In this document: in pieces, positions 29,540 through 41,210 of the stretch
Layout of the letters: the number at the start of each line of letters is the position of its first letter
Numbering within the stretch: position 1 is the stretch's first letter
Source of the DNA: Takakia lepidozioides
Taxonomy: Eukaryota; Plantae; Bryophyta
Direction of reading: 5' to 3'
Length of the DNA: 64,000 bases
Assembly (NCBI GenBank): GCA_030704615.1
Contig: CM060733.1
Location: 16,058,001-16,122,000 of the forward strand
Position numbers and translations under genes: made by a program
The notes under the pieces: generated by a model
What the model saw: only the letters and a program-made list of their open reading frames with translations
What the model was told of the DNA's origin: nothing
The model's database searches: none

Positions 29540-30135
29540 CATATGGAGTGGTTGGAAGTGGTTTCAACCACTGAGTAATCCACGTGTAATATTTAATTTT
29601 ATATTTATTATTCGATATTTGGTCAAATATTTATATTAATAATGATAATATCCGACATGGACGGGTACAATGATAAATTATGAGTGGTTAAAGACACCTC
29701 AGTGATGGGAAGTGGTTGAAACCACTTTCTACTCCACGTGTAATAATTTTTTTTTTTAGATTTTTATCATTTCAAAATATATTATTCCACGTGGACGAGG
29801 ATAGTATGCATAGATCTGGAGTGGTTAAAGACCCCCCAGTGATTGGTACCACTTGCACAGTGGTGGAATGTGAGTGGTTAAGACCCTTTTGTAACTGGAA
29901 CCACTCTTGTGATGGGGGTGATTGAAACCACTTGCTACTCCACGTGTAATAATTCAATTTTTATTTAAGATTTATCATTTCAAAATATATTTTAATTATG
30001 AACTATATTATTCCACGTGGACGGGGACAATATACATAGATCTGGAGTGATTAAAGGCCCCCATTGATGGGTACCACTTTGAGAGTGGTGTAGAGTGAGT
30101 GGTTACAGACCATTTAGTAACTGGAACCACTCGAC
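29540..30135. repeat. CACTA left subterminal tandem repeat (about 3 degenerate units of about 170-200 bp)
   Basis: Repeated blocks gaaaccactt.ctactccacgtgtaataattt ... atattattccacgtggacg ... catagatctggagtg.ttaaag.cccc. Confidence 0.8.
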
Positions 30136-33100
30136 CAGTGGTTACGCATGAGTGATTATATACACACCAGTGATTGGTATTACTTCTGTGGTGATACATG
30201 AAAAAATTTAGTGGTTTGTGTGTTGATGGAAAACCCAAAATCCATCCATCTATCGCTACATTCATCCATCCAGTCATGAGTGAGGGGACTTAGCGTTTTT
30301 TTTGTCTTCCCTGCCACTGTGGCATTTGTTTGTTTTCTTTGTGTTGTAGTGTGAATGCAGGGGAGTGACATTGAAATTTTTGTTGTTACTCACTGAGATT
30401 TTGCATTTCTACAAAGGAAGGGCCCTGGTACCAATGTGAAAATAGGTTGAGTTGTCCCTGCAATTTATTCCATACATGTTTCTAGGTTAAATCATGGGAA
30501 CGATGGGGAACTCTTGGCCAGGATGAAAATGCTCAAGTACCTGTGATTTATTTCATCCACCATATGGACGGATTTCATCCCTGATTTTCCAGATTACTCT
30601 ATGAGCGCGATGAAAGTCCGTGGTCTGGATGAAAGGCGATCAAACTCATCATCTACCTATTTTTATCCCGACGATGAACGGACTTCATCCCTGCAGGAAG
30701 TATGATGGCGGGGAAGCCCTACGGGTGTTGTGGGAAGTAGAATGGTGTGGTGTGTGCAACAGGGAGCTTGGCGCGCGTGCATTGAGGTATATCGATTGAG
30801 GAGCATGGTGTGGCATGAGGTGCGGCTGACAGAGGAGGAGCAATGCTTGGAAGGGTGTGCAGCTGCGATTACAGGGAAGCGGTGCCGTCTTTTGATGATC
30901 TATTTCTGAAAGATCAACTCACGAGGGAAGGACTTGCTTTGAAGAAAGGGAGTGCTGCAGGACGATTCATTAAGGGCAAGGGAGGCTTGATGCCATGTGC
31001 TACTGACAAAAGTGATGGAGGCTTAGAGGCGGTGCCGCCTTTGATTTAATCTCTGAAGGTGTGGGAGTTGCGGGGAAAGCAGCTCGGCGTCATGGTGCAG
31101 CTACCAACGGAGGGGCAGCAGTACCGCCGTTGCTTTCATGACCACGATCGCGGGAGGATGGGCTTCAAGGCAGGCAGCTTGGCATCCTGTGCAACTGCCA
31201 GATGAGGGGAACAGATCCGTTGTGTGTTTATGCTTCCTTCTTGCCAATTTCTGACGGTTGAGCTTACGGTAGAGGAGCAGAGTTGGTAAATAAGTTGGTA
31301 AATGACTCGGATCACCTGTAGATAGGGTTAATGAAGGATGTATGTACAGAGTAGAGAAATATCTGAGATGCGGACTAGCTTCTATGTTAGCATGTGTTTT
31401 GGTTCGCAGGAATGCTGGCGGATGATCAAGCCACGATGGTGAGTGTTGGGAAGCGCCAGTACGGAAGCACGATAAATTGAGCTATGGGAGGCATTGCCAA
31501 GAGCTACGGCAGCAGTTGATTGCGGGCAGGGCAACCCGAGTAGGTCGATTCTGTTTATGACAAGGCAAGAAAGACGGCGGATGAACCAGCATATGAGATC
31601 TTTGATTTTGGAAAAGCGCGGGTGTGGGCCAGTGACAGGAGGCAGTGTGGAGCTGCTGACAAGAAGGGTGGGTGTTAGTTCATGCAAGCAACCCACCACT
31701 TCAGTTTGAGTATAAATCAGTTAAGTCAGAGGTCGGGGCTTCTCCTTCTTCTTCTTCTTCTTTCAACTTAGGAATAGTTGTTGTGGAATTTTGGTAGAGA
31801 CACTCTCAATGGAAATGAGAGAGACAGAAAAGGGATTTTGGAAAATGGAATGGGGACTCTGGACTTCAATCTCCAGGAGATTGTGGAGATGAATGGATCT
31901 AATGCATATGTCTGTGGGAGTGCTGATTGAGGGCAGATGTAATTCACCCACAATGACAGAATGGTTGCTATTTGTTTTGTTTTTGTTCTTTTGGCTTCAT
32001 CATTATGAATCTGAACCACAATGCGGCTCTGGGATTTTGATGGTTAGATGTACATGCAATCCAGTATAGTTGATGTGAGCACTTGTGAGGGTTAGCTATG
32101 ATTTCTTTGTAAACAGAAAGAGGAAGGTGTGGAGGTTGGATGCAGGAGTAGGGCACATGAATCATATGCTTGCACACTGTAAGGCAATTAGATTTCAAGA
32201 GGGCAGTGTACCTACTATGGGGGTAGGCTGTAGCTTTTTTGAAAGAAGATATCAGGTGGCATGCATTTGTTCCCTACTGCTTGTATCAATCAGCTTAGGA
32301 ACATTCATGGACTGAGATCTGCAATCAGTGGGGCATAAGGGTCTTTCAAATAGTTAAAATGCAATTTTATGGAGGAGTTAAAAGTGGGGACTCTGTGATA
32401 TCATGCCCTCTTCATGCAAAGGGAAAGAGAAGAGAAATCTGAAATAGAGAAGCTAGGGTTTTGCATTTTGATTTAAGTAGATGTGAATGATGTCAAAACA
32501 CCATGCATCAGTGTACAATCCATGGGCAGGATATGAAGGGGTAGCAATGTCATGCCAAAGGGGATTTGTTTCTTAGATAGTTGTAGTATTAATAAAGAAG
32601 GAAAATGAGAGCTCATGTGTAGAAACTAGGGCCTTTGCATTCTGCTTTACAATAAAGTAAGTGACACACATATTCTTGCATCACTTACCTAGTCCAAGTA
32701 TGGGCCAGTGGGTATCTCTGATATGTTTACACTGTGGATATGATCTGTTTCTGTATAAGTATCAGAATGTACACCCTGTGATTTTCCAATGATGACATAT
32801 GTAGGGAAGAAGAACCTTGGCATATATCATGATCTGTTCACTAAAGAGACCCAATAAAAATTTAGATAACCTCAGCCCTATCCATGTCTTCTCTTCCGCT
32901 GCGGCGTGGATAAGGGTATAAAGTCTCTGGTCATAAATAGATTTAGAATGAATTAAGTAGGGTCTGAGTCATTTTAGAAAGAGCAAGTAGGTTGATGTCA
33001 TAGGGCAGGGCCATGGAGCACTGCTCAAGAAACAATTAACTATAGTTTACCAGAAGGGTTTCATGCCCCTTCTTTTTCACACTACAGTGTGGCTTTTCCT

Positions 33101-33366
33101 TAATGTAGGATGTGAAGAAGTTTGTCCATCCTGCAAATGTGGGCTTTTGGCTCCTGTTAGTACGATATTCTTCCTGATGTTTACAAGGTTCTTGGGAGAA
33201 TCAGCTTGGTCGTAGCAGCCCGGTGATTCATATCCTGATTCAACCTATTTTCAACCTGTTTTGCCCTCTTATCAGACTCGGGCCTGATATGCATATTGAA
33301 ATCTGTAAGTTAGCTCGTTGGTGCAAGAGAGAGAGTCAGCTTGGTCTTTAGCAGGCCGTGCCATGT

Positions 33367-33512
33367 TCAAAGCTGGGATTGTACCTAATGTCATTCTGAA
33401 CACTGCCTGGCAGCTCTGGAAAAGGGGAAAGAGATCGACATATTTGCAAAATGAAGGCCTTCTTGGTGCCTGCAGAATCCATGGCAATGTGGAGATGGCT
33501 GAACGTGTGGCA
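33367..33512 (+). pseudogene. Captured PLS-class PPR gene fragments (mosaic) inside the CACTA
   Basis: Encodes pieces KAGIVPNVILNT, LAALEKGKEI, DIFAK and the PPR E-motif LLGACRIHGNVEMAERVA. Confidence 0.8.
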
Positions 33513-35842
33513 TGAAGGTACCTTCTTCAACACATTTCACCCTGTTTTTCCCTGTTACCAGAATAGTCCCTAAATTTTCATGTAGAATTCTGCAAGTTAG
33601 CTCGTTTGTGATGTGAGGTTGCATGAGTTTTATATCGATCCTTCACGATGGTGGGACAACCGCAATCACCAAGTGTGGCTTTTCTTAATGTACGATGTGA
33701 AGAAGTTCGTCCATCCTGCAAAGGTGGGCTCTTCGTACCTGTGAGTACCATGATTTGGTATTCCTCCTAATGTTTACAAGGTTCTTGGTCTTAGCAGGCC
33801 GTGTTTCAATCTTTGCCTGCTCAGTTGCATCGTGGTGGTTCTCACAGACCAATCCGACATTACCTGACTACAGACAAACAACACGCACAAGAGGTCATTT
33901 TGGGTTGATGGTCGGTCAAATCCTCCATGGGTCAAGGACAATGTGGCGAGGGCACGTTTCAGCTTGTTTTGCCCTCTCATCAGACTTGGCCCTGAGATGC
34001 ATGTTGAATTCTGCATGGGTGATAAGTAGGGTTGGGTGTTTGCTGGAACAATTGTAGGCTGTCATTGTCAGCCGCTAGCAGCAAGGGAAGGATGTATGCA
34101 TGATTTGTGCAGAGCTTGGAGAGCTGAGGGAGCAGGGGTAGAGTCGGGCTGGTCCAGATTCATCCAAGAGGGCGGGACTTCAAGCTCACGATTACCTATA
34201 ATTCCCTGTGGATCAATAGCTGCAAGAAACATGCATGGGTAGATGGTCAACTGGAAGCCGCAGCAGCAGCGACACAATTGTTAAAATCAGGCACTACTAA
34301 TGAAGGCACCTTCTTCAACACACTTTCATCCTGTTTTTCCCTCTTATCAGAACTGGCCCTAAATTTTCATGTTGAATTTTGCAAGTTAGCTGTTTGAGTG
34401 AACCTTTGATAGTTTGGAGTGACTTTGACATGGTACTGCCAATGTGACAACAGGTAAATATCCAGTTCTAAACATGTAACAGCTGAGACGAGGAGAAGCT
34501 GTGAAATGAATATTTTTTTCTGACCCCAGTCAATGGTGCGACAATCGAGGCAAAAAGGTGAAATGTCTGTTGGATTACAGAGAGTAGCAGATGCAATTGA
34601 CCATAATCATAAGTTGAGTTGGGTGTTCCCTAGAACAAATCTAGGCTGTCATTGTCAGGTGTTAGCAGCAAGGCAAGGATGTATGCATGATTTGTGCAAC
34701 GACATGGATAGCTGAAGGAGCAGAGATAGAGTCCGGGTCCAGATTCATCCAAGAAGACCGGACTTCAAGCTCCAGATTACCTATGATTCCATGTGGATCA
34801 ATAGCTACAAGAAACCTACTGCATGGGTAGATTGTCAACTAAAGGTAGCAGCTGCAGTTAGGCTCAGACTTTTATCATGGTTGGATTTTGTTGACAGTGT
34901 TCCAACACTTTCTTTCTGGGATTTTATTTTATTTTGTGGAGCTTGAATCCCCAATGGTACTTCTTTCACTACAATAGTGGTATGTGTTCCTCTATTCATG
35001 TTCCTAATCACTTGCACGCCACTGTAATAGTGGTATAATTTAAAACTGTAAGAGTAGCCAAATACACACAATTGCCTCCATTACCACTCCTGTAGTGGTA
35101 TACGTAATCACTTATATATTACTGTATTAGTGGTATGAATTCCTCCAGTGGTATTCCTAATCACTTACACACCACTATGTTAGTAATCATTCCAATCCAT
35201 AGGTCCCACTCAGAGAGACACCATGGATGATTCAAACAACTTACATATCACTATGTGGGTAATCATTCCAATGACCTGCTAAGAGACGTCATATCACATA
35301 ACCACGGTTTGAGTGATATTGTATATTCTCAGTTTTCATAGAATGACTCTGTGAGTTATTTCGCGATCACTCAACAAGTGGTTTCGGAAGTCATTGAATT
35401 TTTCACTCCATCCATTTCGTAGCACCGACACAGGACACGTGTCCATGCTGAGAGTGTCGCCACGTATCAACATAATATCCAATATCATCCATGGACCACC
35501 AACTTCCACGTGTCCACTAGAAAATGGAAGTGATTACTTTACCACTATGACACGTCAGTTTACCACTGTGACACGTCAGAAGTGGTTGGTTTACCTCAGT
35601 GACACATCATTGACACGTCACAGTGGTTAATTTACCACTGTGACATGTCAGCGAACAGGTGGACCCGGACGTGAGTGGTTCGAACCACTGTCCTTAACCA
35701 CTAATGCCACGTAATGTCTTGTACCACTCACTTGTCCTAATCCATTGGTTCTTCATCACTCTGGGGCCAGAGTGGTTTAGTGTCGTTTATCACTCAAAAC
35801 GAGTGGTTAACAAAGTGATTATTCCGCGTTTTTCTTCTAGTG

Positions 35843-37824
35843 TCCAGAATGATGAATTCGCTAGGAGCGAGTGATAGATTGCAGCATAGCATAGATAGGA
35901 TTGTGCCTACTTTCGGGAACCGCTACAAACCAACCCCCAGGTTTGGGAGGGGTATCATCTCCCGTCGACATTGTCTTGCTTGACCAGTCTCGGGCCCTGT
36001 GGACGCAGTCCAGTCCAAAGATACTAGCAGTGGAGTCTGTCCTGGCACATTGCGTCTGATACCTTTTGGGTTTCTCCCATTGGTGTGCCCAGCAGTGGAC
36101 GATCCAGAGTTCTTTCGTTTTTTCTATAATTTCACCCAGTCCGGACAGCTCAGCAGAACCATCCGAGCAGCGGAGGAAAATTGGTTGAGCTCCCAGCTTG
36201 AAGATGAGGAGGACGTCTGTGTCGACGAGAACGAGGAGGTATTGCCCAGTCTGTCCCCATAGTTAGTACTCTACCTGCTCGGTCTGCTGCATCAATCTGC
36301 TTGTGGATTTGCTGGTCACTCCGATGGTTGAGTTTGCTCATCTTGCTTCATGAGTCCAGTAGTATAGTCCTCTCCTGCAGTCCACTGTAGGTGCGCAGGT
36401 GTCTTTTGTCATTGAGTCTGCTGGTTTAGTCCGTTGGTTCATTGGTGGTGTACCCCGATGCTGGTGAGACTACTTGTGAGTCTACTGTTGGTGAGTCTGA
36501 TGGTGAGTCTGATGGTGAGTTTTTGGGTTTTCTGTCATATTCCAGAATGAACGAGCCAGTATTCGGGAGGCCATGTGTGCTTAGCAGACGGTGAGCTCCG
36601 ACCCTCCTTTAGCAGTGAATCCGGTGCGCCGGGAAGTGGAGCGGGTGCGGGAGTACATATTGTTTAAGTATCTTGGCTCAGCAGATGCCATAGCAGCATT
36701 TGACTCTGGAGACGCCGCACGTGCCAACTCTCCGGTCAACACCATACTGACTGCAGACTTGGTGGACACAGGGCCCACCCAATCTGGTATCCAGGAGACT
36801 CTTGCCCACCAGACTCTTTCCCAGCAGATTCCCATCCTGCACAGTCTTGGCCAGCAGATTCACAGTCAGCACAATCTTGTCCAGCAGACTCTCGACTACC
36901 TGACTCTCGTCCAACATACTCCCATCCAGCAGACTGTTATTCATGAGACTCCCAGCCAGCAGACTGCCACTCAAAAGACGCCCATCCACCACAGTGCTGT
37001 CCAGCAGACTCCCATTCTCACTTCCACCACGGGTCTTTTTGGAGTTTGACGCTTGCCATTGCCGGTCATTGATACCGAAGCTGTGGACCTGACATTTGCC
37101 CGACTGAGGGTGGGAGAAGTCAATGCCAATGTGGATTGGTATAATGAGCTCCATCGCATTGTCACGGACGGCCGGTGACCATTTGTTCCCTTTCATTATT
37201 CCATGGAATTTACTATTGGAGAAGCGAATGAAATTCTCGAAGGCGCACATTTTCTTGCCCTGGCAGCCGTGAAGGTCCAAAATGCCCCGCCACTACTTGT
37301 CCAGCTAATCCTCATGGATGGACCCACGCCCTCAGGAGCTCAGACATATGCCCATGGCACATCCAACCTTTGGGATGCGCAGAAAGCACTTGTTTGGAAT
37401 TATTGAAGAGTACTTTGATCGCATTGCAGCTTCTTTCCTTCATCATCGATGGATGCAGTTTGGCAATTTCCGTTCATACAATAAATTGCTAAAGGAGCTG
37501 CAAAATTTGAGGAAGTATTTGTTTCATTCAGATTCGGATGCGGGTAAGAAGAGTGTTGTGGATGAGGCGTTGCAATGATTTGCTGCGGTAATGGAGCGAG
37601 CAGTCTTCGACATTGTCTTGAACAGACCAGATGTGTTCAAAGTCCTCTGGTGCGGCTCCCCTTTTGAATACCGCATGCCAGCGATTCGCCATCTCGATGA
37701 AGCATGCGTGGAACGCCAAATCAAAGATATTGGTCTCATTGGCAACCTCCTAGAAGGTAATGTCGGTTTTTTCTGGACCGTTCTGAAGTCCATCGTCTTT
37801 TGTTCCACTCTGCTGTCAGACTGA
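35843..37824 (+). pseudogene. Decayed MULE cargo coding sequence (C-terminal parts) including a pentapeptide Q/T-rich repeat
   Basis: A run of + strand ORF pieces (35999-36262, 36591-37049, 37203-37406, 37318-37578, 37591-37824) with protein-like composition, broken by stops and frameshifts. No family recognised. Confidence 0.35.
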
Positions 37825-40800
37825 CTTTTTCGAACTCATCTGTTTCAAGAATGTCCGATTTAGACGAGCACGTGGGGGGAGGGGGGTACCTGGGCGTCCG
37901 TGCGCGGGGCCCACCAGTCAGCTCCCGCGTGCGCCATAAGGACGCAAATATTGTAAAATGAGAGGCTTTTTCATGCACATGACTACCACCTTATCGTAGG
38001 CGGCTAGTAACTCCAAAGTCCAAGCCCTTAAACGAATAAGGCTGATGTAGTTACAACAAGGGCAACAAAGATCGGTTTGCGCTGCAAAGTCCATTTCATT
38101 GCTGGAATACATAGACCATCACGAGGGCCATTTAGTGGTAACCAAAAACATTGTCAACACGAAGGTGAACTAGCTTTGTTTCTCTCCAAAGAGCATGCCT
38201 CATCTATCTCCATGGACGAGATAAGTTATGGAGTGCTAAAACCCATTTGACGTCTTTGAATCTCCATGCCCTTTCAATCTGCAACCCTTGCAAATTCAAT
38301 TAAAATCTCCAAATTATTGTTTAAGACTCCACTGACCCTTGCAATTTAGTTCTTCACACATCAAAAGGGCAATTGCAACTTAGTCAACCATATGGATGTT
38401 ATCCTTTAGTTGGTTTGTAACAACTTTGCTTTTGGAAGCAATGGAATTGGAACAAATTCCACTTTACATGCAGAATTTCACCGACAACTATGAAGCTTGG
38501 TTTGCTATTCCTATCATTGTGAATTATACCATCCAATTGCCACCTTTGCTTGGTAAAATATCGTATCAGTATCGTATATATTGTGTATAGCATATAAGTA
38601 TGTACTAAGTTATAGCAAGATTCTCAGATATGTGCACCAGAGTCCCATTATAAAATTTTAGACATATCCACAATATATATTTGAGTATAAACTATAAACC
38701 CGCTGAGCATATTCCTCAAGTTAGTGACCCCACATGGGACCGACCAATTCTTCCTTGGGGGTCAACTAACTGTTCAGAGGAGAAATGAGTTTGGCAGTTA
38801 CTAGGCTTGATTTTTTCATTTTTTTAATGTTGTTTTAAAAGGAGAACCCATTAACTTTATTTTATTTTATTTTCTTTGCAAGGAAGGGAAAAATAAAACC
38901 TTTTTGGACAGGCGCTAAGTTAAAACCACACCACAAACGGTGGTGAGAGAGGCTTGACTCAGTTATGAACTATGAACTCAGTTATGAACATGTTAAAAAA
39001 ATAAAAAGTTAGTGTTGACTTCGATAAGTTGGTCTTGGCAGCCCTTTAACCCTTAAATGTTTCAGTTTCTATTAGCTTAAATATGATGCAGGTACCCCAT
39101 TCGGTAGTGATCGGCGAATTTCTGTTGAGGGGGTAAGAACAACTCCCACAGCAGGCCAGTGGTGTTATTATTGCAATGAGATGTGATTATCTTATGGAAG
39201 GTTGTCACATAAAAGTTTTTGGAAGTCACAAAACTATTTTTTGGAAGGTGGTTTACCATCCCAAAAAATAGTTGAAAAATGAATATCATCTTCAGATCAT
39301 TTCATGAACATTTACGTACACCAAGAGTATTTGATCGTTACATTACATTTCCCACAGTGACCAAATCCATCTCTACACTACCTTATTTACCACAAACTTT
39401 GCACTTTAAAATAGATGTGCTAAAGTGGACCCATAATGGACCGTATTTGACCATAGAAAGTTGATACACAGTTCCCCATATAAAAATTTATAAATGACAT
39501 TCATCTAACAGACTGAAAACCGACATTTACAACATATAGAACAGCCAAAAAACATATAAAAATCAAGTGCCCAAAAACCCGGGATATAAGGTTGAGGGAC
39601 TTTTGGCCAAGTTGATGCACAAGTCCTGCTACTCATGGCAGGGCCAATAAAGGGGAGGAAAAATGTCAGCCCGTTTACTGACCAGAGAGCCCACAGCTGT
39701 ACAGGACACTCGTGGGTTGCCAGGTTGTCCCTGCTGAATAATGGTCGGTCGAAACTGTCTCAGATGGACAAACTTCATAAACTACCACTGTGCCTTCTTT
39801 TCCTGTGAGACCCCCACAATTCCAACAGCAAGGCGGGACTAGCTATGAGTGATGATACATGGTTACTATTCCCCATTTGTAAAATATCAAAGTTCTGTAA
39901 TGGCAGTGATTCTTCTCAATTGGAAAGGGAGAAAAGTTCATACTATTTGCCCCATGAGCCCCAACATGAGTAAATCAAAAAATGACAACAACATAACTTT
40001 GTCATCTCTAGACCTCTGAACAATATGACAGTGATCTTTTGTGTTTGTTAGAAGATTTCGGCTCATCTTCTTTATGCCCTTGGAGTATATGTAGATTGTA
40101 TTACACCAAGAGGCATCATACTGGGTACATGAGGGATCCTTTTCTATCAGTAAGCTCTTCACCCACTGGGGCAGAGTGGCCGCACCAGAGCAGGGGACGC
40201 ATAAGTTAAGCTATTCTGTGATCAAAAAAAGGTTTTTTCGGATCTAGGTGTCAGATTATCTATGTTATATCCAATTATTGGCCTCATGGACTACTATTCA
40301 CCCAGGCAGAAAGTTTAACTGATACCTAGGCGTAATTAGTTATACTACTCTCTGCACCACTCATCAGCCTCTGAAAGCTAATCTTTCAGCAACCGCAAGC
40401 CATCCAACCGTCCATTCTCAACTCTCCAGGGACAATTCATCAACTTACATCTTTTATGAGGAAACTGAGAGTGGAAAACACAAAACTTCCATGTTTGTAG
40501 AGCCTGGGCAGGGCAATAACTGGGAAGGGTGGTGTCTCCTCCTCAGGTGCCTGCTGCAACCTGCCTCATTCAATGCCTCTCCAGTTCTTGTTCTTCCCAC
40601 CTTGTAATATTCTTTGCTTGAAAATAACTCAACCCTCCTGGTTTTGATTCAGCAAGTTTATGTAACCCTTAGAAGAAATGCCAATTGGGAAAGCTTTCTT
40701 AGTTCTACTAGAGCTACATGAACTTGTAGATTGGGGGTACATGGACTCCCAGGGTCAGCACAAAAATATCTCTACAAGTTATAGAATCGGTCGCCAGAAA

Positions 40801-41210
40801 ATTATTTCACAGTGTATTTATGGCGAAATTTGGGCTTGGTGTACCGGCTGAGTCGTACCTGAGGACAGCGTTTACAACCTGGGTGACTTGGTAATCCCGG
40901 TCAACTAACCTGCCGGGGTTAAAGTCACCGACAAGTGAGTGGAGTTAACCGGGGTAAGTAGCCCGCTGGCTCCTCGCAGGTGTCCAAAGACCCTCTAGTC
41001 TTTCTCTCGTTCTCTCTCTCTCACACTCAGGGGCACGAAGGTCGATCTGCTTTCATAAGCGAGGGCCTGCAGTGTTAGAGCTGTGAGGAAGGATCGAACA
41101 GTGTCGACTGTTTTGGATTTTTTGACCTTTTTTGAAGCTGTTTCCTCTAGCTGGCGGGCCTGCATGTGGAGAGCGTAAGCTTCAATCTGTGAAGGCAGCC
41201 GGGAGCCGCC

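Larger units (their letters stand above)
29410..35842. mobile_element. Non-autonomous CACTA (En/Spm) element carrying captured gene fragments (Pack-CACTA)
   Basis: TIR CACTAGAAGAAAAACGCGGAATAA(C/T)CACT (29 bp, 1 mismatch) at both ends. 3-bp TSD TCC (29407-29409 and 35843-35845). Dense ACCACT/AGTGGT subterminal repeats at both ends. No TnpD ORF recognised. Confidence 0.93.
26047..37966. mobile_element. Non-autonomous Mutator-like element (MULE), 11.9 kb including a nested CACTA
   Basis: About 80-bp imperfect TIRs (GCCTCTCATTTTACAATATTTGCG.CCTTATGG.GCACGCG... at 26047; reverse complement ending at 37966) and a perfect 9-bp TSD TTTTTCATG (26038-26046 and 37967-37975). No intact DDE transposase seen. 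Confidence 0.9.
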
